A stretch of 64,000 nt of DNA, taken from Aplysia californica (taxonomy: Eukaryota). Below are positions 48,396 to 58,279 of this stretch, piece by piece; position 1 is the stretch's first letter; each line of letters starts with the position of its first letter. A program made the position numbers and the translations under genes. Where the stretch lies: NCBI RefSeq assembly GCF_000002075.1, contig NW_004797297.1:333930-397929 (forward strand). The letters are read 5' to 3'. The notes beneath the pieces are model-generated. The model saw only the letters and a program-made list of their open reading frames with translations. It was not told where the DNA came from and ran no database searches.

Positions 48396-48619
48396 ATATA
48401 TATATATACAGCATCATAAAGCTTTGCCTTTACAGTACTTTACGGAATAATAAATTTTCAAACAACAGGCCTTCGAAGTTGGCCATTTGTGGTGTAGCAA
48501 GCAAAAATACCTCACTGAAAAGCCATTTACATACAGAATCATATTATAAGTCTGGGGATTTCTTTACGTTAAAATGCCATATTTGTTCTTGACTTGAAGA
48601 TGATTTAATAAAGGAAGAG

Positions 48620-50281
48620 GCTAGCCGTACTTAAGTACGGCTAGACTGGCAGTCTAGCCGTACTTATTCGTAATACGATGGCTAGACTGACCATTAAAAA
48701 AAAAAATAAGCCTACTGAATTGTAAATATAAATTTTTAGTGTGCAGTACCTAAAGTATTGTATTTGAGACGAAACCAAGTGCCTTAATCACCCCTATTTT
48801 TAGTACTATTATCTTTCTATGTAGAGATATAAGATGCACACATCAAACTACTTGCTCATGCAGCTTGACCAACTTATTTCCTTGCCATATGCATAAAGTT
48901 TTCAGAAGAAAACATATTTTACCATGAGTAGTGGTTGATTTAAAAAGTCCTTAAGCAAACACCCCCACCTTTTGGCAAAAGCTCAGATGTATTTTAAACC
49001 TCCTGTTTTCTATGTTAATAGGGCCTAAGATAAGTACAGCTAGACTTCTTGGCTAGCCGTACTTAACTCACTTGCGACTGGGCCCTTTCACCAGTCACAA
49101 GCGTTGAAGACTGGCGTTTTTGGGGGTATTTCAATAAATCACCACAACTCTCAGAATTACCCTATTGTAATTATTTTTTTACACAGTAAAGTAACATGCA
49201 AGCTTAATCTAATACAAAAAACTAAAGTTGTGTAAGTCTAATCTTTAATTTGTATGATTTTTAAAAAATTGGCATGAATTTGATTTTCCGAAAAATTTCC
49301 AGAGACGTGACAAGTAGAATGAAATTCACTACAACAACAAAAGTTCAAAGTGTTCTGGTTTGAATTGTGTACATGTGCGAGTGTTTGGTGAAAATGTAAA
49401 AGCTGGTCTGTGCATTGATTCACTGAATTACATGAGACAGATGTACGGCACGACGTTGTGATTTCGTTGCGCGAAAAACAACACCGGTACTAGATCTAGT
49501 GCTAGATCTAGCCCTAGAACTACGACTCGGGCCGTGTTCGGGTACATGATATCCAGGATCCTAACTATTATTAGACACATCATATTCTGAGACACTAGAA
49601 CTAGTAAAACGTACAGAAGTATAGAAAACGGCGAAATTATGTGATTCATGTTCATGTGACTTCTTCGACCGTTACTACGACGCGACTGTCGGATTACTAT
49701 CAGCTGTATAGAAAAAAACAAAGAACCAGTTCCGGTCTGTTCAACCCCAGTTGGGGTTACTGTCCTTTACCTTCAATAACTTAAAAACTACCGGCCCCAG
49801 AGATACGAAACGAAGTCTAAGTAGCTCAGGCTTGGCCAAACAAGGGTACGAGGCGGGTCTCGCGATCGGTGTGTGATTTGTAGAGCGAAAAAAAAATTCC
49901 AAAGTTGGTCACGCAGGGCTTGTGAGACCCGTCGAGAGCGTCGCGGCGGGGGTCACGCAACTGTTGTGTGAGCCGTCTGAAGTGAGTTAAGTACGGCTAG
50001 ACAGCCAGGCTAGCCGTACTTAAGGACGGCTAGACTGTCAGTCTAGCTGTACTTAATATTGATGGCTGAATTGTAAATGAAATTTTTAGTTTGCAATGCC
50101 TAAAGTATTTGTATTTCAGACAAAACCAAAAGGTGCCTTACTGACTTGCATGTATTTGAACCTGAATAATTACTAGATCTAGATCTAATGAGACCTGTGT
50201 ACTTAACAGGCTTGAGTCGATAGGGTCAAACCTAGATCTAAGTACGGCTAGACTGGCAGTCTAGCCGTAGTACGGCTAGCC
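48620..50281. repeat. Dispersed palindromic array (ctagccgtacttaagtacggctag) with direct-repeat spacers
   Basis: Blocks at 48620-48690, 49030-49066/49987-50056 and 50238-50281; 48715-48787 is repeated at 50067-50140. Confidence 0.8.
49067..49986. mobile_element. TTAA-flanked (piggyBac-type) non-autonomous element
   Basis: ttaa|ctcactt..aagtgag|ttaa; removing it restores the palindrome gccgtac-ttaa-gtacggc. Confidence 0.8.
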
Positions 50282-52256
50282 ACTTCGGATATAAATGAGT
50301 ATGGGTATTGTCTTTACTTGATTGTGTGACTGTTCAAAGCCCTGCTTTTCCTTGTTTTGCATGATGCATGAAATTTTCTATGTTTTGACTTTAGACTTTA
50401 AGTAAGTGAAATTTTTAAATCACAATTGTCCGATTTTGATAGTTTCGACAACTCCCTCTGATCCAATAAAGATCTACTTTCACACAAATTGACATTTTCT
50501 TTGGGGTACCTTCTCATCGGCATCGGTTTCTTGAAAGTTTTTCAGAATGTAAAAAAGCCTTTTCTGATTTGAGGGAAGATAAAAGACAAAGAAGTCAGCC
50601 TACAGAAACTATAAACTATTTCGCTATTTACTTTATAGTTAATTATAGTGCACTTTATACCCCTGACTGATGGTTTTTGAGAGTCCTCAGATTGACCCCA
50701 CCCGTGGTTTTTTAACAAAAAATGAGTTGACCTATTAGGTTTTTTTTCCAGCTACTTGGTTAGAGAATACATCCATGGATATAATGCATGCTTTTATAAG
50801 TCCTGGTAACTAAGACACACTAGATCTTTTCTTGGCCGTTTGCTCATATATTGGGGAATTTCGAGGAAACTCCCTTCTCTAGCGGATCGAATAATTTTGG
50901 TGAACTGTTAAAACCTGTCAGTAATGATAATCTCAATGGGACCTGACTGATAGTTCTCCTCCCATTTTATATAATGGAAGGAAATGACATCCCATACAAC
51001 TTGTCATCAGTTTTTTTTCTCCAGATTTAGACACCTGAAGATGTTTCCTTTTAAAATTAAAAATGGGGGAAAAAAACAACTTTTGCTTATGATTTCAGTC
51101 AGATCTGTAAGAATTCATTAGATTTTCAGTGTGTTATTTCTTGGGCGTTTCAGGTTTGTGATACCACACACCCCTCCCCCCAACAGTTTGTTTTTAACGT
51201 TGTTTTGCTTGTTAATTATTTTCTTTTGCTCTTCCGCCTACTTCATGTTGTCCATAGCGAAGTGTGGTTTGTTCATTGTAGGCAAAGGCCCTTTCTTTGA
51301 GTTTGAGTCTAGAAGAGCTCATTAGTATCCAGTGTAGGAGGGGGCACACTCTTTACCTAGTGTCTTGTCTTGTGTGTAGTTGTCGACTTGAATGGCCGAC
51401 GAGTTGGGCGGCTGGTTAGCTCCCTGTGAGTCCCGCTCAGCTCCCCGGTCAGTCATGAGTTGTCTTGTCGGTGCAAGGTCATTGTTTACATGTTGGCCAG
51501 TGGCCGCTACATCAGTTCCTTTTTGATGATTTTTACCATTGTCAGGGTACGGTAAACCTGCAAATTTGCCGGGTCTGACATTCAATTTTGTTGTGTCCTT
51601 GTCTTTAATTCAGGCAAGGTCTGATGAACATAGCATAAAATTGATTAGATTAGGTCATCAGTCTTAAGTTAAAGGCGCCATGTTGTATGCAGTGCCGTGT
51701 ATGTGGAAAATAGTGGCTTTATTTTGAGCCCCTTTTCAACCTCCCGCAATTCACTGTTTCTTTTAAAAGAGAGATGTTTTCTTTTTCTCAGTGCAATTGT
51801 GAACCTGAAGTCTTCGCCCGAGACAAAAGCTTTGGGCTTTGCCAGACTACAGCTAATGCTGTGACCACTACCAACAGGTACATATTAATTAGACACTTTT
51901 TTAGTTAATTCTCTCTGAATGTTTAGTTACCAACCATGATTTGTCAGTAGTACTAGTAGTAGTAAGTCAATACAACCTTTGGGCGACGTATATGGAGACA
52001 ACAGAGAAGATGACAGAGAAAAGGGAGACTGGTGTCCCTTTTTTTCCCCTCACCTTCACCAAAGTGCTCCTTATTTTCACATCTGTGACCAGGTCTAGCT
52101 TACCTGACCTGTACTATGAATATTATATCGGTACACTGTAGTCTATGGGTGACATCAGTAGTTGTTTTTTTTAAATAGAAAAATGCTCCAAGGTGCATCC
52201 TCAGGACTGCTTTTACGACGAACTATTGGGTGGGCATATAAAGGTGTGTGTGTCTA

Positions 52257-53160
52257 GTGGCATCAGCGGCCTAGTGGTTAGGCTCTCAGACTCGCAACTA
52301 ACTACTTTTGAAACCATATATAACAGGCCCGGTAATAACAGGGATCCGGAAATAACTGGGATTTGTTAAATCCCACAATTCCCCCTTTTTTCCCCCTATC
52401 CTTTGTCTCTATTAAAAGTTATCGGCAAAAACAGGGCCTCATCGGAGCCCAATCGGTTATAGTATAGCAGGGACAAAGGCTCTTTAACAATGTGTAACAA
52501 AATAAAAGAGTAGAGTAAGAGAGAGAGAGAGTAACGCAGTGATGGAGCAAGCCCACGCAAGCCATGCCACTGCAAGCACACGCAGTGGGTGAAGAGAGAG
52601 AGAGAGCTGCGGTGTGCTACAGACTTCGATCTAGCCCTAAGCCAAGCTATGTGCATGCGTAATGTGTCGTGCGCAGGCCTGCCACATGGCCACGAGAGAG
52701 GGCTGCGGTGTGCTGTTCGTGGGTACTTGTAGCAAGGCATACTACCCATGAATAAATACAGCTAGATTAGTGCACAAATGCTTACTTCCCTTGCATTTCT
52801 GATTTAACAGGGATCGGATATAAGTATAACAGGACGTTTTCTCTGTTCCCACCATCCCTGTTTTCATCAGGTTTCAACTGTATAAGGTCGTGGGTTTGAA
52901 TTCCATGAGGGGCCAAATATTGTGTCTTTGGGAAAGGCCAGGCACTTTACACAAATTTTTCTCACTTCGACCAGGTGGGAATGACCGTGAAAGGTAGGCC
53001 TACTGTTAGTGTTAGTTTGTTAGTGCTTGAGCGTGTGCAATCTGCAGCTTGCACTGTATGCTTCCCAGGAAGCCGAGAATATTTCTGAGTAGTGTTCTCA
53101 GGTCTGCTGGGGTAATAATAGTTGAAAAGCTCATAAAGCATGATGTAGAGAGCGTAATGT
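52257..53160 (+). mobile_element. tRNA-derived SINE (CORE/V-like core) split by a MITE
   Basis: A box (gcggcctagtgg) before and B box (ggtttgaattcc) after the MITE; core tgtgtctttgggaaagg..cactttac. Confidence 0.7.
52305..52880. mobile_element. pogo/Tigger-like MITE
   Basis: TA flanks; right end ggtttcaactg; homologous (inverted) to 54259-54427. Confidence 0.7.
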
Positions 53161-53164
53161 ACTA

Positions 53165-54013
53165 CAGTGAAATCCTGTTTTAATGAGAGAGAGGGGACTG
53201 GTGTGAAATATCGTTTATAGCAGGATTCACGTTATAAGTATAAGTATAAAGGATCCAGTAATAAATTCAAGGGAAAAAATAAAGTAGGTCTAATCTATGA
53301 GTTTGGTGTTCTGTTCGTTTCTTTTTGTTATCTCCCCTGATGGTGATTTTATTCAACGTGACCTCTTGGTCTTACTTGATCAAAAATCGGATCCGGTTTC
53401 TTTCTCTAGCACTAGCGATGTTGACAGCTCGGCGTTGGTGATCAGAAAGAAAGGGCTCTAGGCTAACTCAGTAACTGGCCCGCTGTGTTGACCCCCACTC
53501 CACGACACCATATGGTGTTTTCCTGCTGCTTGCGCACATTAGGTACACACCTCACCCTGCCCATGTCACACATTCGCTCCATTCATTACAGCACTGTGTC
53601 CTCTCCATCCCTGCATTGGGGAGGCAGGGTAGGCCTAGACAATCCAGACTTGGCTGGCCTATCACACGATGGGCTCTGCTTGTCTTCGCATGCCACACCC
53701 TCCCCACTCATTCGCTCCGGCCTTCATTGTTGGCACAAGTGGGCTCTTCCATTCTTTGTTTCACTAGATCACCAAGTTTCTCAACTGGCGAGGGTTTACA
53801 TATTCATATGTATAATTGGCCTATGCGCTGTGCACAGCAGCAGCAATATTCCGCTATAACTTTTTAACCGACTCGCATGTTTGTTTGATTGCGCTATAGC
53901 AGTATTTTATTTACAAAGATAAAGAAGAAAAATAAACGGGGGTTTAGATTAGTCTAGTGTCTTTTTAACAGATGTCTCGTTATTTCAGGACTCGTTAAAA
54001 TTGAACTTCGCTG
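53165..54013 (+). mobile_element. pogo/Tigger-like MITE, ~850 bp, copy 1
   Basis: ta|cagtgaaatcc start; colinear with 55215-56011. Confidence 0.8.
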
Positions 54014-54258
54014 AAGTAATAAATGCAATATTAATAAATTAATAACTATTATTTTTATTCCTATTACTTTTTCAGCTCCCCCCCCCCCCCCCCCAAAAAA
54101 AATGAAAGTGACAAAGGTAGTGTTTTGTACTTGCCCAATCTGAGCCTATGTCGGAATGTGCCCCTTTGTTACTTGCGTCTTGATAATACTTTACTCATGC
54201 ATGCGTTAATATCTTTGAACGAAGGCCACTGATTAATTTGACTGGTGGTACAAAAGTA

Positions 54259-54427
54259 CACTGGAAACCTGATATAACAGGGATGGTGGGACCAGAGAAA
54301 AAGTCCTGTTATATCAGATCCCTGTTAAATCAGAAATGCAAAGAAAGTAAGCTTTTATGGACTAATCCAGCTCTATTTATTCATGAGTAGTTTTCCATTC
54401 CCTTGCTACAAGTACAGGATTCCACTG
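54259..54427. mobile_element. Short pogo/Tigger-like MITE
   Basis: ta|cactggaaacctg..caggattccactg|ta. Confidence 0.75.
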
Positions 54428-54517
54428 TAATAGTATAGTAATAAGTCCACTTGCCAAAAAATTGACGGGCGCCCGATTCCATTACTTCGTGACACCTGTT
54501 TTTATAATGATATCCAC

Positions 54518-54923
54518 TGCATGGGCATTGGGCAAAACTGGAAGAGCTATATTTTGCACACATGACTGCTCCCAACTTAAAAGATGCAGTAAATTCCCTG
54601 AGTAGAAGAGAACAAATCGCTATCTTTCGCCTGCGAGCACAACACATCCCAGTGAATTCCTACTTAAATAGGATCCACAAGGATACCCCACCTGTCTGCC
54701 GTTGTATGAATACCAGGATGAAACAGTATCCAACCACCTCTTTGCTTACCCTGGGCTTAGCAACCTGCGTAGAACCAACCTGCTTGCCTCCCCAGATATC
54801 AGAAATACTTTTCATACAGCAACAAAACACACAGCTGATAAATTAAAAACCTGCAAATTCTTTGCCATATCGACAGGCGGAAGGGCTAGAACTCAAAAAA
54901 GGCAGCTGGATCAGAAAAGAAAA
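54518..54923 (+). mobile_element. 5'-truncated RNase H-type LINE 3' end (I/Ingi/Nimb group)
   Basis: LSRREQIAIFRLRAQHIPVNSYLNRI..C..ETVSNHLF is the degenerate C-terminal CCHC region; 14-bp TSD ataatgatatccac (54504-54517, 54924-54937). Confidence 0.85.
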
Positions 54924-55214
54924 ATAATGATATCCACGCCAGCTCTCGTCATTACTACCACTACTGAGTTTTCCAAATGATAAAAATCTTCAGTGGAGGG
55001 GGGGGGGGGGGTGGCTTCTTTGAGTACCAAAATTGTACAGCATGTCTTGTGGTTGTCCTGCTATTCGTTTACAGTCCAGCAGGCACATAGCAAAATCAGT
55101 GGGATGTGGAAATGTCTTCGTATGTATACAAATTTCACCCTGGTACAGATGTCTTTTAAATACATATATACAAAGAATATATAATATGTATTAGACGAAA
55201 ATTTGGACTTTATA

Positions 55215-56011
55215 CAGTGGAATCCTGTTATAACGAGAGGGAGGGGACCGGTGCAAAATGTCCTGTTATAGCAGGATTCTCGTTATAAGGGATCCAGTAA
55301 TAAATTCAAGGGAAATAGTGAAGTAGGCCTAACCTAAGAGTTGGGTGTTCTGTTTGTTCTTTTTTGAATTTCCGCTGACGATGATTTTGTTCAACATGAT
55401 CTCTAGGTCTCACTTGATCAAAAATCGAATCAGGTTTCTTTCTCTAGCACTAACAATGTTGACAGCTCAGCGTTGGCGATCAGAAAGAAGGGGCTCTAGG
55501 CTAACTCGCACGCAGTGTTGTTCCCCACCCCGCCACACCTTGTGGTGCATTGCGTCTGCTTGCACACGTCACACATTCACTCCATCTATCACAGCATTGT
55601 GACCTCTCCATCCCGCACCAGAGAAGTGAGAGGCATGGTGGTAGGCCTAGATAATCTAGACTGGGCTGGCCTATCACACGATGCATTTTGCCTGTCTGGG
55701 CATGCCACACACTTCCTACTCATTCGCTCCTGCCTTCATTGTTGGTTCGTGTGGGCTCTCCTATTCTTTGTTCCGCTGGATCACCAACTTTCTCAACTGA
55801 CGAGGTTTATATGTTTAATTGGTCTGTGCGCTGTGTACAGCAGCAGCGATATTCCGATATAACCGACTTGCGTGACTGTCTGATTCAATGATTGCGCAAT
55901 AGCAGTATTTTATTTTAACAAAGATAAAGAATGGAAAAAATGGGGTTTTAGAATAGTGTCTTTTAACGGACTTCTCGTTACTTCAGGACTCGTTATAAGT
56001 GGACTCCACTG
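55215..56011 (+). mobile_element. pogo/Tigger-like MITE, ~800 bp, copy 2
   Basis: ta|cagtggaatcc..ggactccactg|ta. Confidence 0.85.
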
Positions 56012-56164
56012 TAATTTGTTTACAATGTGCCTGGCTATACTGTATGTAATAGATAGATAATACATGTTTTTTCACTCACCAAATTTCACTTTAGAATCCA
56101 CAAATTAAAATGAATTTACTTTGTTTATTTTGCAGGTCCAACAGCTATTTTATAACTGGCCACC

Positions 56165-57031
56165 ATGAGTACTGTTGAGAGTGTTGACGCCATCATTGTT
56201 GTGGGCCCTGTCTTGTGGAAATGTGTCAACTGTGACCTGTTAGCATCTCGACACCACAGTGTTGATGATCATTTGAGAACTGTGCATGCTTCCACTGCCA
56301 CTTCCAGATTAAAACACTCTCTTAAACATGACAGCTCTTTATTGAATAAATGTGACATCCATGGGTGCTCTTGTCGTTTGATTAAGTCAAGAAGTAGCAT
56401 CGCGAAAGTTAAGAAACGAAGAAGTTCTAGTGGATCCAGGACTCCACAATTTCTCCATAAAACGAACGGTGTTTTAGCAGTTGAGAGCGATGAAAATGAT
56501 GATTCTGTTTGCAATGACGATCGTCTTCAAGATGATGGTGACGATGATGACGAAATTCCACAAGCATTAAGAGATATTGTGGAAAAAGCCATCACTACAA
56601 AAGAGAATGATTTGGAGTGTTGCAATGTTGAGAACAGAACTGCTTGTGATCTGGGTGATCAAGCACAAAGTGAAGTTGAAAAGACCAATGAACTCAAAGA
56701 TAGCACAAATGAGAAAGTTGAAAGTTCCAGAGAATTCCAAGTTGATTCATCAGCTGACTGTGAAGAACCTAAACGTGGATTAAAACGTACTTTTTCTTCC
56801 GCCTCGGATAAAATGACCGATGAAGTGTCAGAAAAGGCGTTATCTGAACTGACAGATGGCATAGTGGATGGTTCTGATCTTCAAGATAACTCAGTGGCCA
56901 AAGTTTCTTCTTCTAGAGGTAGCATTGATGAGACTCGTGTTCAGGGAAAAGAGCAAGGGAGGCGAACAAGTAGCAGGGCAAACAAAGGGAAAAACACTCA
57001 GTACAGTGAATATAGAGTGGAATTTGTGTAG
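56165..57031 (+). CDS. Uncharacterised 288-aa protein with one N-terminal C2H2 zinc finger and an acidic disordered region
   Basis: Longest ORF in the window; strong acceptor tttgtttattttgcag at 56135; Kozak CACCATGA; C-x2-C-x12-H-x4-H (CVNC..HLRTVH); basic KVKKRR patch. Confidence 0.75.
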   Translation: MSTVESVDAIIVVGPVLWKCVNCDLLASRHHSVDDHLRTVHASTATSRLKHSLKHDSSLLNKCDIHGCSCRLIKSRSSIAKVKKRRSSSGSRTPQFLHKTNGVLAVESDENDDSVCNDDRLQDDGDDDDEIPQALRDIVEKAITTKENDLECCNVENRTACDLGDQAQSEVEKTNELKDSTNEKVESSREFQVDSSADCEEPKRGLKRTFSSASDKMTDEVSEKALSELTDGIVDGSDLQDNSVAKVSSSRGSIDETRVQGKEQGRRTSSRANKGKNTQYSEYRVEFV

Positions 57032-57312
57032 AATGATTTGTTATGTAACGTAGTTTGTTTGGGGTGTTTAGTTTATATTTTTGTAACACACTTTAAAGAA
57101 TAATGTGATAAAAACCATGAATGTAGGCCCTATGTTGTCTTTATGACCAGCTTACCTGGATATTGTTATGCTATGTTTGCACACATGCGTACAGTTTAGC
57201 GCACACATAGCGAACATGCACAATAAATTATAAGGCAAAGAGATTTTTAGGTCCCAATTTAAAAAAACAAAAAAATCTGCGCACAGTACTTTCAAAACAC
57301 ACATATTCGCAG

Positions 57313-57366
57313 GCTCATATGACCTAATGCAGTTGCAAGTGCCGTAAACTAAAACTCTTTCTAAAC
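57313..57366 (+). mobile_element. Tail-only copy of the shared retroposon tail (opposite orientation)
   Basis: gctcatatgacctaatgcagttgcaagtgccgtaaactaaaac. Confidence 0.7.
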
Positions 57367-57495
57367 CAATGCACACACATGGCATAAACAATGTGTAAAA
57401 GTGAAAAAACATTGGGATCAGCGAGGATAGATTAAAATATTACTGCAAATTTCATTTACCAAAGTAGTCGTGAGGGGGAGAGATTATTATTATTA

Positions 57496-58279
57496 TAGTA
57501 GAGGGTTTTACAGCGCTTGCAACTGCATAAAGTCATATGAGCGCCAAGGGGTGGGTGTCAACATAGAATTCTTTACAGGGAATCAGACTTACTCTGCTCA
57601 CCTCTCTAACTTCAACAGCACAAGGTCTGCTTCGACTATCAAGGCACCCCGGAAATATCAGGTCACAAGAGTGTGACACATACAAAAGAAGTAGAGGAAA
57701 ATGACAATAGTAAGGATTAGGAAAGAAAAAGCAGCAGTTCCCTGTTGTAGATCAGGCACAGTAACATAGCTGCCCACTGTCCTGGGTCATCCGTATTTTG
57801 TACAGATTTTCTTGAAAAATCGCTGTTGTCCCGGAAATACGGATGTTGACCGACGGTCCCGGAAAATAAAAACTTGGCAAGCATACTTTTAAAACAGAAA
57901 AATTAGCCTTCTGTTGCTCGGGGAAATGACGAAAATTCGGGAGAGTTGGCAGGTGTGCAGTTTCGATAAAGTCAGCTGACACGCATGCGCGGCGCTCAGC
58001 TTCTTCATTTGTTTGAAAAGATGGCGTCAAAACGTTCGACGATGAGTTCTAAGTCCGGCTCTGGACCAAGTGAAGCAAAGAAACCGAAAAGGCAGCAAGT
58101 TTTTCTTGACAAATATAAGGTGTCCCTGATAATAAGTCGATGTCCCTGATTTTGAGCTAGGCTGTCCCTGATAGCCAGAGGAGAGGGGTTGGCAGCTGTG
58201 CAATAATGAGCGTGACACGAATCATCCCATTTACAATTCTACTGTGCTTGAACGAGAGATGTCACCCCCTTTGAGAATG
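57496..58279 (-). mobile_element. Family B copy interrupted by a DNA transposon
   Basis: Colinear with 30452-30851 once 57765-58206 is removed. Confidence 0.85.
57765..58200 (+). mobile_element. Internally deleted DNA transposon, 6-bp TSD (hAT6-like)
   Basis: TIR catagctgcc / ggcagctgtg; TSD cagtaa/caataa; empty site visible in the other family B copies; subterminal cccggaaa and tgtccctgat repeats. Confidence 0.85.

Noticed and set aside
48620-50281. CRISPR-like appearance of the palindromic repeats
   Set aside because: Eukaryotic context, spacers long and partly duplicated, no cas genes
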